Shown here: positions 18,978-33,602 of the stretch, one piece after another
Numbering within the stretch: the first letter of the stretch is position 1
How the letters are laid out: each line of letters begins with the position of its first letter
Source of the DNA: an uncultured delta proteobacterium
GTDB taxonomy: Bacteria; Myxococcota_A; Polyangia; Polyangiales; Polyangiaceae
Direction: 5' to 3'
Length of the DNA stretch: 64,000 bases
NCBI GenBank assembly: GCA_963806225.1
Contig: CAWDXG010000001.1
Coordinates: 768,001-832,000, forward strand
Made by a program: the position numbers and the translations under genes
The notes under the pieces: generated by a model
What the model was told of the DNA's origin: nothing
What the model saw: the letters and a program-made list of their open reading frames with translations, nothing else
The model's database searches: none

Positions 18978-20099
18978 ATGACCGCCCGCCCGATGTCTGC
19001 TCGAACGACCCAAGCCGAGCTCGACGTGGAGCTCGAGCGCGCCGCTCTGCGCGCGCTCCGCGCCGCGTATAACGACCTGAACGGCGCGCTCTTCAAGCGC
19101 GCGCTCCGCCGCCCCGTGCTCGAGCTGGTCGACTCCGCGAGTCGGTTGGGGCGCTGGGTGCACGAGCATCGCTCGCTCGAGCTGTCGCGCTCGCTGCTTA
19201 TGGGGCACGGCTGGGGCGTTGTCGTCGAGGTGCTCAAACACGAGATGGCCCATCAATACGTGGACGAGGTCCTGGGTTGCCCGGGCGAGACGGCTCACGG
19301 TCCCGCGTTCCGTCGCGTGTGCGAAGAGCGAGCTATCGACTATCGCGCAAGCGGCGTACCCGTGGCCGAGGACCCCACTGCACCCGAGGTCCGCGTGCTC
19401 GACCGGGTGACGAAGCTTCTCGCGCTGGCGGAGAGCTCCAACGTCCACGAAGCCCAGTCAGCGATGAACGCCGCCCAGCGCCTGATGCTCAAGTACAACG
19501 TCGAGGCGGTGCGGGAGGGGGTTCCGCGTGGCTACGGTTTCCGGCACCTGGGCCGTCCCACCGGCCGCGTCAGCGAGTCGGAGCGCATTCTGGCGGTGAT
19601 TGTGGGGGACTACTTCTTCGTCGAAGCTATCTGGGTGCCGGTCTGGCGCCCGCTGGAAGGCAAGCGCGGAAGTGTGCTGGAAGTGTGCGGGACGACCGAG
19701 AATCTCGAGATGGCGGAGTATGTCCACTCGTTTCTGACCCACGCCGCGGAGAGGCTCTGGCGTGAGCACAAGAAGAAGAACGGTATCCGGAGGAACGCCA
19801 ACCGCCGCACCTTCGTCGCCGGAGTGATGGCCGGCTTCCGCGACAAGCTCGAGCAGCAGAAGCGCGAGCATTCCGAGCGCGGCCTGGTGTGGGTGGGCGA
19901 CGCCGAGCTCGGCACCTACTTCAAGAAGCGTCACCCCCATGTGCGGTGGACGCATCACTACGGCAGCCGGCGCACCGAGGCCTATGCGCACGGTCGAGAA
20001 GCCGGTCGGCGGATCGTGTTGCACCGCGGCGTGCAGCAGGGTTCATCGGGCCATGCGCGCCTGCTGCCGCCCGCATCCCGTGGACAGACCCGTGAGTGA
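18978..20099 (+). CDS. SprT-like metallopeptidase with DUF2786 domain
   Basis: LKHEMAHQ..HGPAF zincin motif; KLLALAESSNVHEAQSA...AQRLMLKYN. Confidence 0.8.
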   Translation: MTARPMSARTTQAELDVELERAALRALRAAYNDLNGALFKRALRRPVLELVDSASRLGRWVHEHRSLELSRSLLMGHGWGVVVEVLKHEMAHQYVDEVLGCPGETAHGPAFRRVCEERAIDYRASGVPVAEDPTAPEVRVLDRVTKLLALAESSNVHEAQSAMNAAQRLMLKYNVEAVREGVPRGYGFRHLGRPTGRVSESERILAVIVGDYFFVEAIWVPVWRPLEGKRGSVLEVCGTTENLEMAEYVHSFLTHAAERLWREHKKKNGIRRNANRRTFVAGVMAGFRDKLEQQKREHSERGLVWVGDAELGTYFKKRHPHVRWTHHYGSRRTEAYAHGREAGRRIVLHRGVQQGSSGHARLLPPASRGQTRE

Positions 20100-22194
20100 T
20101 TCGCTCCCCGACGCTCCCGAAACTCCGGAGCAGAAAGCCGAATCCGGCGAGCGGAAGGACGACGCTCCGCGCTCCGCGGAGGTCGTGCGCGGTGGCGCTG
20201 CAGCAGAAGGTACGCCGAACGGCGCCGAGCACCGCGCCGAGGCGCTGGTCGGCACGCTGCTCGCCGGTCGCTACCGCATCGACAAGCTGATCGGTACCGG
20301 TGGCATGGGTGCCGTGTATCGCGCCGAGCACGTCCACATGCGCAAGGCCGTCGCCATCAAGGTCCTGCACAAGGAGATGACGTTCCTGCCCGAGATCGTC
20401 GCTCGCTTCGAACGCGAGGCAGTCGCGGCAGCGCGCATCGAGCACCCGCACGTGGCGGCCGCTACCGACTTTGGGCGTCTCGACGACGGGTCGTTCTACC
20501 TGGTGCTCGAGTACGTCGAGGGGCTCCGCCTGCGCGATCTGATCAAGCGCGAAGCGCCGCTCGATCCGAGCCGCGCGATGCACATCGCGCGGCAGATCGC
20601 CGAGGCGTTGGACGCGGCGCACGGCGCCGGCATCGTGCACCGCGATCTGAAGCCCGAGAACGTGATGCTGGTGTCCCGCGAGGGTGACCCGGACTTCGTC
20701 AAGGTACTCGACTTCGGCATCGCCAAGGTCAATCTGGAGGACACACAGAACCAGCCGCAGCTGACGCAGGTGGGCAGCGTGTTCGGCACGCCCGAGTACA
20801 TGTCTCCCGAGCAGGCCGCCGGGCAGACGGTCGACGCGAGGGCGGACCTCTACACGCTCGGCATCCTCCTGTACGAGATGCTCAGCGGTGCCACACCGTT
20901 TGCCGCCGATGACCTGCTCGTCGTCTTGACGCGGCAGATGACCGAGGCGCCGCCGCCGCTGTCACAGGAGATCCCGGGCGGAGTTCGTCAGGTCGTGAGC
21001 GAGCTGCTGGTCAAGGATCCGCTGCAGCGCACACCCAACGCGGCGGAGCTCGTCCGGCGCATCGATGCTCTCGGCGAGCCTGAACCGCCGCGCGGTCCGC
21101 CGACCTTCGCCTCGTCGCCGTTCGCAGAGCCGGCGCCCTCGTCTCCCGGTGTGTCGCCGACTCTGGACGACGAGTCGGGTAGCGGTTCCCCCGTCGCGGT
21201 GACGGCACCCGACATGCGCCCGCCGATGCCTTCGTCCGCGGCCAGCCCGGCGCCGCCCGAGGCAGCAGAGAGCCCCGCGCCGCCGGGTGCCAGCCCCGCG
21301 CCGCCAGAAGCTCTTCCCAGTCCGCCGGCTCCACCGGTCGTCGCAAGAGGTCCGCTCGAGAGCCTCTCGGATCGCGCCCGCGAGCCGGTGCACATCGGTG
21401 GGCAGCCCATTCCGCTGTGGCTGCTGCTGTCGGTCATCGGCGGCGTCAGCTTGCTCGTCGGCGTCATCGTCGTGATGGTGGTAGCGCTGGCCAGCGGCGC
21501 GCATCCGGCGGCAACGTCGCCCAGTGCGAGCGCCGTGGCTGCCGCTCCGCCGGAGCTGGCAGACCTGGTCAAGCGCGCCGAAGCGGGCGATCACAAGGCG
21601 ATCTACCAGCTCAGGCAACGTCCCGAGAAAGGGCGCACTGCCGCCGAGTGGCGAGCGCTGGCCCGCGGTTTTGCGAAGATCAAGTTCAGCAAACCGAGCA
21701 TGGACGCCTACAGCCATGCGCTCGCCGGGGATCCCGCGCTGGCCAAGAACGCAGAGACCGCTCGCGACGTGCGCCGGGCGGTCGACAAGCCCGACGCCAT
21801 GAACGAGGCACTCGACATCGCGGCGCACCAGCTCGGTGCGGTGGGCGCGGACATCCTCTACGACGTGGCGAGTTCGGGAAAGGCCCCGCCCGTCGCGGTG
21901 GCGCAGGCGAAGAAGCTGCTCGACAATTCCACGGTCGCTTCGCACGCCTCGCCCGCACTGAAGACGGCGCTCGACCTCAAGGCCGCTCGGGGCTGCGGCG
22001 GCTACAAGAAGCTGCTGCCGGAAGCGGCCGAGCACGCGGACGAGCGCTCGTACCACATGCTGCTGCGCCTCACGGTGACCCGCGGCTGCGGCTTTCTCGG
22101 CCTCGGCGACTGCTGGTCGTGCCTGCGCGGTAGCGGCAACCTATCCAACGCGCTCAAGCGCGCGAAGAGCCACCCGGCCCCGACGTTCGAGTGA
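20092..22194 (+). CDS. Membrane-anchored Ser/Thr protein kinase
   Basis: [39 protein letters not shown], Pro-rich linker, transmembrane helix. Confidence 0.92.
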   Translation: MSDSLPDAPETPEQKAESGERKDDAPRSAEVVRGGAAAEGTPNGAEHRAEALVGTLLAGRYRIDKLIGTGGMGAVYRAEHVHMRKAVAIKVLHKEMTFLPEIVARFEREAVAAARIEHPHVAAATDFGRLDDGSFYLVLEYVEGLRLRDLIKREAPLDPSRAMHIARQIAEALDAAHGAGIVHRDLKPENVMLVSREGDPDFVKVLDFGIAKVNLEDTQNQPQLTQVGSVFGTPEYMSPEQAAGQTVDARADLYTLGILLYEMLSGATPFAADDLLVVLTRQMTEAPPPLSQEIPGGVRQVVSELLVKDPLQRTPNAAELVRRIDALGEPEPPRGPPTFASSPFAEPAPSSPGVSPTLDDESGSGSPVAVTAPDMRPPMPSSAASPAPPEAAESPAPPGASPAPPEALPSPPAPPVVARGPLESLSDRAREPVHIGGQPIPLWLLLSVIGGVSLLVGVIVVMVVALASGAHPAATSPSASAVAAAPPELADLVKRAEAGDHKAIYQLRQRPEKGRTAAEWRALARGFAKIKFSKPSMDAYSHALAGDPALAKNAETARDVRRAVDKPDAMNEALDIAAHQLGAVGADILYDVASSGKAPPVAVAQAKKLLDNSTVASHASPALKTALDLKAARGCGGYKKLLPEAAEHADERSYHMLLRLTVTRGCGFLGLGDCWSCLRGSGNLSNALKRAKSHPAPTFE

Positions 22195-22207
22195 GCTGGC
22201 GCTTCGC

Positions 22208-23131
22208 CTAGTAGCGCGGCACGTCGGGATCGACATCGCGCGACCAGGCTTCCATCCCGCCTTCGACGTTGAAGACGTTCTTGAAGCCCTGTGCGAGGAA
22301 CTGCTCGGCGGCGGTCTTGCTGCGGATGCCGTGGTGGCAGATGAAGACCAGGGTCGTTCCGCGATCCATATCCAGAAGGTCGCTGACCAGATCCTCGTCG
22401 AGTCGGCGGGCGCCTTCGAGCTTGGCGATGCGGCGCTCCTCGCGGGTGCGCACGTCAAGCAGCAGGAACTTCTCACCTGCCTCCATCTTCTGCTTCAGCG
22501 CTGCGACGCTGAGCGACTTGACGCGCGGCGGTAGGTTCGGGTTGTTGATGCGGAACGCGCCGCCCTCCGGCGTCTCGACGTAGTCGATGGACACGCCGTT
22601 CGCCCGTTTTGCGCTGGCGGGGTCGAGCAGCACGATCAGGTCGCCCGCGCGCACCGCCATGTCGCCCGGCTCCTGCGGGCCGATCGCCAGCGAGTGATCG
22701 AAGCTCTTGCTCACCTCGAGGCGCACGAACTCGTCTTCTTCGTCGATGGAATCCGCGAAGGCCTGCGCGGCCTGCTCGGTGATATCGATGCGCGGCGCGC
22801 GATCGTCGTTGCTCTCCGCTTCGACGCCGAGCTTCTGCTCGAGGGCTCCGCTCTGGAAAAGGTCGCGCACGATGTCGCAGCCGCCGACGAATTCCCCTTC
22901 GATGTACAGCTGTGGGACGGTGGGCCAGGAGGAATACTCCTTGATGCCCTCGCGCAGCGCGGAGTCGGCTAGCACGTCGATGGTGGTGTAGCTCGGCAGG
23001 AGCTCGTCCAGGATCTGTACGACCTGGGCGGAGAAGCCGCACCGGGGCGCCTGCCTAGTGCCCTTCATGAAGAGCACTACCGCGTCGCTCTTGATAGTCT
23101 CGCGGATCCGCTCGTGCGTGGAGTCGTCCAT
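22208..23131 (-). CDS. Monothiol glutaredoxin (Grx4) fused to HesB/ATC-like and rhodanese domains
   Basis: FMKG..PRCGFS, WPTVPQLY, GGCDI; ITEQAA...IDYVE...FRINNPN; LLDVR..E and CHHGIRS. Confidence 0.85.
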   Translation of the reverse strand: MDDSTHERIRETIKSDAVVLFMKGTRQAPRCGFSAQVVQILDELLPSYTTIDVLADSALREGIKEYSSWPTVPQLYIEGEFVGGCDIVRDLFQSGALEQKLGVEAESNDDRAPRIDITEQAAQAFADSIDEEDEFVRLEVSKSFDHSLAIGPQEPGDMAVRAGDLIVLLDPASAKRANGVSIDYVETPEGGAFRINNPNLPPRVKSLSVAALKQKMEAGEKFLLLDVRTREERRIAKLEGARRLDEDLVSDLLDMDRGTTLVFICHHGIRSKTAAEQFLAQGFKNVFNVEGGMEAWSRDVDPDVPRY

Positions 23132-23205
23132 GCCCGGGGGTTTGGCGCGGCACACCCCGCCTGTCAAACAGCCACGCAATGCCGCCGAGGTGCTATAGCG
23201 GCGCC

Positions 23206-23658
23206 ATGAGCAGCGATGACTTTGCAGCCACGATGAACGAATCCCTGACTGGCTGGAACAAGGCCATGGGGCTCCACTTCATCCGGGCTTCCGCCGATGA
23301 GGTCGTGGCCGAGCTCGAGGTCGGCGAGCAGCACCGACAACCCTACGGTATCGTGCACGGCGGTGTGCATTCGGGCGTCATCGAGGCGCTCTGTTCCGTG
23401 GGGGCTGCTCTGTTCGCGCTGCCGAACGGCCAGTCCGTGGTGGGGCTCGAAAACCAGACCTCGTTCCTGAAGGCGGTGCGCTCTGGCCGCCTGACCATCA
23501 CGGCGACGCCGCTTTCCCGTGGCCGACGGGCGCAGGTGTGGGAGGGCAATGTGCGCGACGAGCGGGACCGCCTGGTGGCCACCGGCCGCGTGCGCCTGCT
23601 CTGCCTGGACGCGAACACCGAGCTGGCCGGTCAGCGGGTGGACATGGCTCCGAGGTAG
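23206..23658 (+). CDS. PaaI family hotdog thioesterase
   Basis: HRQPYGIVHGG, VVGLE..TSFL, GRR.QVW. Confidence 0.88.
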   Translation: MSSDDFAATMNESLTGWNKAMGLHFIRASADEVVAELEVGEQHRQPYGIVHGGVHSGVIEALCSVGAALFALPNGQSVVGLENQTSFLKAVRSGRLTITATPLSRGRRAQVWEGNVRDERDRLVATGRVRLLCLDANTELAGQRVDMAPR

Positions 23659-23725
23659 GACGCGGGCCGGCGCCGTCTTCGGCTAGACTGGGCCTGCTAC
23701 CTACCGCTGTCGGAGGCTCCCTGGT

Positions 23726-24421
23726 ATGACGCATCGCGTTATCAAGCTTGCAAACCTGCGCCGTGCCTGTGCCGCGGCCCTCCTCACCGGCGCTGCCGCT
23801 CTTCTCGTGGGTTGTGGATCCAGCGACTCCGGACCCGGGTCCAAGGGTCCCACCTGCGCCAGCCTCGGCATCCAGGACGCGGTCGTCACCGACATCGATG
23901 AAACGCTCACCACGTCCGACGGCGAGTTCATCCACCAGACTCTCGATGGCAACTACGATCCGCTCGAACGCAAGGACGGCGCCAAGCTCATGCAGGGGTA
24001 TTCGAAGCGCGGCTATTTCATCTTCTATCTGACGGCGCGCTCGAAGATGATCACGCTGAACAAGACCGGGCAGAGCGCGACGGATGCGACGCGCGCCTGG
24101 CTGAAGGAGCATGGCTATCCGCTCGGCAGCGACCGCAGCAAGCTCCAGCTCGACGACACTCTCGAGACCGGCGAGGCCGTCCGCACCTACAAGGCCAAGG
24201 CGCTGAAAGCGATGCAGGATGCCGGCTACGCGTTCGACTACGCCTACGGCAACGCGATCACCGATATCGAGGCCTACAACGACGCTGGCATCTCCAAGGC
24301 CGAGACCTTCATCATCGGGACGAACGCTGGCGCCGACGGCACGGTCGCCGTCCAGGGTGACGACTGGACCCAGCACGAGGCCGCGCAGCTGCCCAACGTG
24401 AACAAGCTGTGTAGCTTCTGA
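23726..24421 (+). CDS. LNS2/lipin-like HAD phosphatase lipoprotein
   Basis: Lipobox LVGC; VVTDIDETL, YLTAR, YAYGN..TDI.AY. Confidence 0.75.
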   Translation: MTHRVIKLANLRRACAAALLTGAAALLVGCGSSDSGPGSKGPTCASLGIQDAVVTDIDETLTTSDGEFIHQTLDGNYDPLERKDGAKLMQGYSKRGYFIFYLTARSKMITLNKTGQSATDATRAWLKEHGYPLGSDRSKLQLDDTLETGEAVRTYKAKALKAMQDAGYAFDYAYGNAITDIEAYNDAGISKAETFIIGTNAGADGTVAVQGDDWTQHEAAQLPNVNKLCSF

Positions 24422-24565
24422 CACCGTGGAGCGGGATGCGATGGAGCCGCAGGCGGCGCGGGCCCTGGTGCGGCCGGCCGAACGGCCTGTAACGGGTTCT
24501 AGTCGACATCATTGTCGATAACGAGTCTCGACGGGTTGTTGACGAGATGGGCCGGGCGTGGAACA

Positions 24566-24591
24566 TATCCGGTCATCTTGATGAACGGATG
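24566..24591. promoter_or_regulatory. Candidate operator for the ArsR-methyltransferase (SahR-like) regulator
   Basis: Two overlapping YATC-N10-GATG dyads: TATCCGGTCATCTTGATG (24566-24583) and CATCTTGATGAACGGATG (24574-24591). Confidence 0.4.
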
Positions 24592-24621
24592 CAGCGGGTG
24601 CATCCTTCATCCATCCGCAAG

Positions 24622-25597
24622 ATGGCGAACCTCGACTCGACAATCGGGCTGCTGCACCTGTTCGGCGACGCCACGCGCGTCCGGCTGATGGCGCTGTTGG
24701 CCCACGCCGAGCTGACCGTTGCCGACATCACCAGCATCACCGAGCTGGCCCAGTCGCGCGTGTCGACGCATCTCGGCCGCCTGAAGGACGCCGGGCTCTT
24801 GCGGGTACGGCGGGTCGGCGCGTCCACCTTCTATGCCGTGAACGACCGGGCCATGCCGGAACCGGCGCGCCGCATCTGGGAGCTGGTGCGCGGCGAGGTC
24901 GACGACGGCGTGCTCGAGTCGGACCGCCAGCGCTGCGACGATCTGTTGCGAGCGCGGGAGCGCGCCACGTCCTGGCCCGACTCCATTGCGGGCGAGATGG
25001 AGCGTCACTACTCGCCGGGCCGCACCTGGGAGGCGACGGCCCGCGGGCTCATCGAGCTGCTCCGCCTCGGCGACGTGCTCGACGTAGGTTCGGGCGACGG
25101 CGCGATCGCGCAGCTCCTCGCGCCCCGCACCCGCAGCATCACCTGCCTCGACCGCAGCGATCACATGATCGCCGCGGCGAAGAAGCGTCTGGCGGACCAG
25201 GAGAATGTGCGCTTTCGCGTCGGCGACATGCACGAGCTGCCGTTCGCGGACGAGAGCTTCGACGAGGTGCTGCTCTTCAACACGCTCACCTACGCGCACA
25301 AGCCCGAACGCGTCGTGGCGGAGGCCCGGCGGGTGCTGCGCGCCGGCGGCAATCTGGTCGCCATCACGCTCAGCGGCCATGGTCACGCCCCGGTCACGGC
25401 GGCCTACGGCCACCTCCAGCCGGGTTTCGACGTTCGATTCACTGCGCGCGCTCTTTTCCAGCGTTGGGCTGGACGTTTCGCACTGCGACGTGACGTCGCG
25501 GGAGCGCCGCAAGCCGTACTTCGAGGTCGTTACGGCCCTGTGCACGCGCCCCGGCGCGAGCCAGGTCGCTGGCACGGCTACTGCATCATCCCTGTGA
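24622..25597 (+). CDS. ArsR-family regulator with SAM-binding methyltransferase domain (SahR-like), frameshift near 25435
   Basis: [36 protein letters not shown]. The C-terminus (..[13 protein letters not shown]) is in another frame. Directly upstream of metH. Confidence 0.8.
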
Positions 25598-25616
25598 ACG
25601 AAGCACCCGAGGAAAT

Positions 25617-29327
<3,711 letters not shown>

Positions 29328-29485
29328 ACAAGTCGGGTCGGCGGATCCGGGCAATCGTTCCAATCCGCCGCCGCCCCGCGTCCGGGCGGTCCAGCTCTGC
29401 ACATATTGACCTCGGGACCTGGAGCCTTCATGTTCCCGGCGCACTTGGCCGTAGGTCACCGCGGCCCTGCTTGGAGGAACGGATC

Positions 29486-31453
29486 ATGAACAGGCTTGGA
29501 CTGGCCGCTCTATTGGTGGTGCTGGGCGCGGGCATGCCCGCTTTGTCGGCATGTGGTTCGAGCAACCCGGGCGGCGGTAAACAGGCGCCGAGCGTGCACA
29601 AGCCGGAAGACTGCGACCCGCTGGTGCCCGAGGAGTGCATCCTGCCCTTCCCGTCCAACCACTACCTGAAGAAGGACGGCTCCACGGCCACCGGCTACCA
29701 TGTGGAGTTCGGCCCCACGACGCTGCCGACGATGAAGAACGGCGAGCCCGAGCCGCCGGACGTGTTCAAACAGAGCGACGGGTTCTCGCCGGGCGTGGCG
29801 CCGATGACGTTCCTGAAGGGAGCCACCATCCAGGGCCTGCCTGATCCCGATCACATCGCCGACTCCTTGAAGCCGGACTGCCCTACGGTGCTCATCGAGG
29901 CCGACAACGGCGAGCGGGTGCCGCACTTCTCCGAGCTGGACATGTCGCACAGCAACGACGCGCGGCGCGTGCTGGCGATCCGCCCGGTCGTCAGGCTCAA
30001 GGACGACACCCGCTACATCGTGGCGATCCGCAACGTGGTCGATGCCAGTGGCAAGGCGATCGCGCCGAGCAAGGCCTTCAAGGCGCTGCGTGACGGCACG
30101 TCCGACAAGGAGATCGAAGCTCGTCGCAGCGAATACCAGGACATCTTCGCCAAGCTGAAGTCGGCAGGTATCGAGAAGTCCAACCTGCAGATCGCCTGGG
30201 ACTTCACCACAGCGAGCCGCGACAACAACACGAAGCAGATGGTGGAGATGCGCGACGACGCGCTCGCGAAGGCGGGCACGAAGGGGCCGAGCTACACCAT
30301 CGACAGCGCGAAGGACAATCCGTACCCGAAGGATCAGCCGACGCTGGCGCGGGAGATCAAGGGCACCATGACGGTGCCGCTGTATCTCGACAAGCCCGAC
30401 CCGGGCTGCACGCTGAGCGTGGACGCGAGCGGCAAGCCGAAACAGAACGGCACGACCAAGTTCGGCTTCATCATGGATATCCCGAAGAGCGTGGCTACGG
30501 GCGGAAAGCCCGTTCCCGTCGTGCAGTTCGGTCACGGCCTGCTCGGCGCGGCGGCCGACATGAACACGTCGGACGGCGTGCAGCAGCTCATCCAGGACAA
30601 AGGCTATGTCATGTTCGGAGTGGACTGGATCGGCATGTCCGAAAACGATCAGCAGTTCATCGGAAACATGCTGTCGGAAGGCGATCTGACGCAGTTCTCG
30701 CACGTGGCGGATCGGCTTCGACAAAGCTTCGTCAACGCGCTGCTCGCCATGCGCATGGTGACCGGCGACCTCGCCAACGATCCGGCGGTGCAGTTCAACG
30801 GCCAGAGCGTCATCGACCCCACCCAGCGCTACTACTACGGCAACAGCCAGGGCGGCATCAACGGCGGCGTGTACATGGCGCTCAGCACGGACGTGACGCG
30901 CGGCTACCTCGGCGTGCCTGGGCAGCCGTACAGCCTGCTCCTGAACCGCAGCAGGGACTTCAACCAGTACCTCAGCGTGATGTCGCTGGCCGTGCCCGAC
31001 CCCATCGACCGGCAGGTGGACATCGCCCTGATCCAGATGTTGTGGGATCGGGCGGAACCCGACGGCTACACGGCGCATATCTCGAAGGACATGCTCCCGG
31101 GCACGCCGCAGCACAATGTGCTGATCCACATTGCGCTCGGCGACCAGCAGGTCACGCCACTCGGCGGGGAGATCGTGGCGCGGACGGTGGGCGCCGTGAA
31201 CATCTCGCCGGTGAACCGTTCGGTGTTCGGTATCGACGAAAAGTCCGCCCCCTACAGCGGGGGCAACGCCATGGTGGAATGGGATTTCGGCAACAAGCCC
31301 GCGCCGCTCACCAACGTGCCTCCGCCGGAATCCAATGGCCCGGACACCCACGGCATGGTGCGAGCGCTGCCCGAGGCGCAGACGCAGATCGACCAGTTCT
31401 TGCGCACGGGAACGGTCGTGCAGGTGTGCAGCGGCCCCTGCAACCCGACCTGA
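29486..31453 (+). CDS. Lipoprotein alpha/beta hydrolase with Ig-like N-terminal domain
   Basis: GGAGG SD; lipobox LSAC; LPFPSN, DGFS, FGHGLLG, nucleophile motif GNSQGG. Confidence 0.75.
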   Translation: MNRLGLAALLVVLGAGMPALSACGSSNPGGGKQAPSVHKPEDCDPLVPEECILPFPSNHYLKKDGSTATGYHVEFGPTTLPTMKNGEPEPPDVFKQSDGFSPGVAPMTFLKGATIQGLPDPDHIADSLKPDCPTVLIEADNGERVPHFSELDMSHSNDARRVLAIRPVVRLKDDTRYIVAIRNVVDASGKAIAPSKAFKALRDGTSDKEIEARRSEYQDIFAKLKSAGIEKSNLQIAWDFTTASRDNNTKQMVEMRDDALAKAGTKGPSYTIDSAKDNPYPKDQPTLAREIKGTMTVPLYLDKPDPGCTLSVDASGKPKQNGTTKFGFIMDIPKSVATGGKPVPVVQFGHGLLGAAADMNTSDGVQQLIQDKGYVMFGVDWIGMSENDQQFIGNMLSEGDLTQFSHVADRLRQSFVNALLAMRMVTGDLANDPAVQFNGQSVIDPTQRYYYGNSQGGINGGVYMALSTDVTRGYLGVPGQPYSLLLNRSRDFNQYLSVMSLAVPDPIDRQVDIALIQMLWDRAEPDGYTAHISKDMLPGTPQHNVLIHIALGDQQVTPLGGEIVARTVGAVNISPVNRSVFGIDEKSAPYSGGNAMVEWDFGNKPAPLTNVPPPESNGPDTHGMVRALPEAQTQIDQFLRTGTVVQVCSGPCNPT

Positions 31454-31458
31454 GCGCG

Positions 31459-32070
31459 CTATCGCCCGCGCGCCGGCGGGGCGCGCCAGAGTGTCTGCTT
31501 CCAGCTCGGCTCGTCGTTTCCGGGCGGGGGCAGGAGCCAGTCGAGCTTATCGAGCAGGGAGCTCATGCAGCCGGCGTGGTAGCGCGCCGCCTGGGCGTCG
31601 AGTCGGCGGAGCAGCGCGGCGTAGTGCTTGTCGTTGGCGCTGTTGCGCGTTTCCAGGCTGTTCATGGTGCCCGCGGTGGTGCCGCTGTCCCAGCGCGGAG
31701 GCGCTTCCACGAGGGTTCCGCCGCCGCTCTTCACCGCCACATCGACAGAGCCGCCGCCGGTCGTGCTGATGCTGCCCACGCTGGTGTAGCTCGTGGCTGC
31801 CACGCCGTGGGTGTCGTCGTGCCGGAGCTTCTCGAGCTCCAGAGCGAGCTTCGCGCTCTGCGGCTTCTCCAGTGCTGCGCAGGTGCGCGGCTCGACCCGC
31901 CGGCGGTAGCGCGGCACCTTGTGGAGTCGCCCGTAGTCGCGCCGTTTTTCCGCAAGCACCTTGACCACGTCGTCGTCGAGCACACTCGCGACGGCCTCGT
32001 CGGGCTGGACCTTCTCGAGCCGCGCGTAGCCGGCGACCTGCCCTGCGGTACCGACCCCGCGAAGCTGGAG
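31459..32070 (-). CDS. Hypothetical protein, apparently 5'-truncated
   Basis: Frame of ORF 31459..31983 stays open up to about 32073 (SLQLRGVGTAGQVAGYARLEKV...) with no convincing start or RBS. Confidence 0.4.
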   Translation of the reverse strand, partial: LQLRGVGTAGQVAGYARLEKVQPDEAVASVLDDDVVKVLAEKRRDYGRLHKVPRYRRRVEPRTCAALEKPQSAKLALELEKLRHDDTHGVAATSYTSVGSISTTGGGSVDVAVKSGGGTLVEAPPRWDSGTTAGTMNSLETRNSANDKHYAALLRRLDAQAARYHAGCMSSLLDKLDWLLPPPGNDEPSWKQTLWRAPPARGR

Positions 32071-33530
32071 ACTACTCGATCACGGTCGAGAGCGGCGCGT
32101 CGATCGTCGTGGCTCCGACGGACAGCATGCCAGACGGCAAGGGCGCCGACGGCAACTACTACTACTCCAGCTACTACGGCTACCACTACGCCTACGGCGG
32201 CGGCGGTGGCGGCCACGCTTCCAAGGGTGGCAACGGCGGAGGCAGGGGGATCGGCGGCAGTGCCTACGGTCTGAACACGGACTTCGTTGTCTACACCGGC
32301 TCGAGCGGCGGAAACGGAGCCTCCAGTAGCGGCACTGGTACCGGCGCCAAGGGTGGCAAGGGCGGCGGCGTGCTGCGCTTGATCGCCCCGGTCATCAGTG
32401 TGGCGGGCCAGATTACGGCGAACGGAGCGAATGGCGGCTCTGCCACTGCCAGCTACACAGGCGGTGGCGGCGGCGGCTCTGGCGGCGGTGTGCTGCTGGC
32501 CGCTGACGACCTCACGTTCAGCGGCGCGATCTCCGCGCTCAAGGGCGCCGGCGGCACAGCTTCCGGCAGTCGTAGCTACGCAGGCGGCGCCGGCGCGGAC
32601 GGTCGGGTCAAGCTGCTGTATGGCGCGCAGCACACGCTCACCGGCTCCGTCACCGGCGCGAAGACCGAGGGCTTGCTGCCGCCGCTGACCATCACATCGG
32701 CCACGCACCCCGACCAGACGCTGGTCTACAACGACGATTTCACGAATTTCGACCTCACCTGGAGCAAGCCCTTCCCGAGCGTGCTCGGCTACTACGTGAA
32801 GACGGACACGACGAATTCCACGGTGCCCACGCCGTCAGGTGGCACGTTCCTGGCGGCCGAGAACCTCACGGTGGATCGCAGCGCACTCGTGCAGGGCGAC
32901 AACTTCTTCCACATCGTTCCCATCGACGGCACGAGCGCGGTCGGCACGGTGCAGGGCTGGTTCAAGCTCCAGCTCAACACCAAGGCACCCACCATCACTT
33001 CCTCCAGTCACCCCAACCAGACGACGTGGACCACGAACAACACCGTGTTCTACGCCTGGACGTTCCCGGTGGCGGATCAGAACGTCGTCGGTGTGCACTA
33101 CGTGAGCGATCACTTCGCGAACACGGTGCGCACCATGAGCGACACCTTCGTGGACGTCTCGCAGAAGCAGCAGATCCTGTCGAGCCTGGCCGACGGCGTG
33201 TGGTTCTTCCATGTCGTGAGCGAAGACACGCACGGCTACCTGACCAAGTCCGCAGCGCACTACCAGGTGCGCATCGGCGCCGACCCCGGTGCGGGGACGA
33301 TCCTGGGCCAGGTGATCGACAGCCAGTCGCAGCCCGTGAACGGCGCCAGTATCACGGTCAATCGCGGCCTGTTCACCGCCTCGAGCAACACGAGCGGCAA
33401 CTACAACCTGCAGAACGTGATCGCAGGCACCTGGGAGGTTACGGCGAGCAAGGTGCCGTATGCGCCGGCGGTCAAGAGCGTGACCGTTGCCGACCAGAAC
33501 TCCTCGACGGTCAACTTCAAGTTGCAGTAG
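32067..33530 (+). CDS. Gly-rich secreted-type protein with C-terminal carboxypeptidase-regulatory-like domain, apparently 5'-truncated
   Basis: GGGGGG..GG.LRL...I.ANG repeats, Thr/Ser-rich beta domains, GTILGQVID....VNGASITV...GTWEVTASK. No signal peptide. Coding-like sequence begins at about GDYSITVESG. Confidence 0.7.
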   Translation, partial: GDYSITVESGASIVVAPTDSMPDGKGADGNYYYSSYYGYHYAYGGGGGGHASKGGNGGGRGIGGSAYGLNTDFVVYTGSSGGNGASSSGTGTGAKGGKGGGVLRLIAPVISVAGQITANGANGGSATASYTGGGGGGSGGGVLLAADDLTFSGAISALKGAGGTASGSRSYAGGAGADGRVKLLYGAQHTLTGSVTGAKTEGLLPPLTITSATHPDQTLVYNDDFTNFDLTWSKPFPSVLGYYVKTDTTNSTVPTPSGGTFLAAENLTVDRSALVQGDNFFHIVPIDGTSAVGTVQGWFKLQLNTKAPTITSSSHPNQTTWTTNNTVFYAWTFPVADQNVVGVHYVSDHFANTVRTMSDTFVDVSQKQQILSSLADGVWFFHVVSEDTHGYLTKSAAHYQVRIGADPGAGTILGQVIDSQSQPVNGASITVNRGLFTASSNTSGNYNLQNVIAGTWEVTASKVPYAPAVKSVTVADQNSSTVNFKLQ

Positions 33531-33602
33531 CGCCACCTGGGCGTCACCGACGCCGGGCCGGGGCGCCTTGTCCGGGCGCCCGGCACCGGCTAGATCGGCC
33601 GC

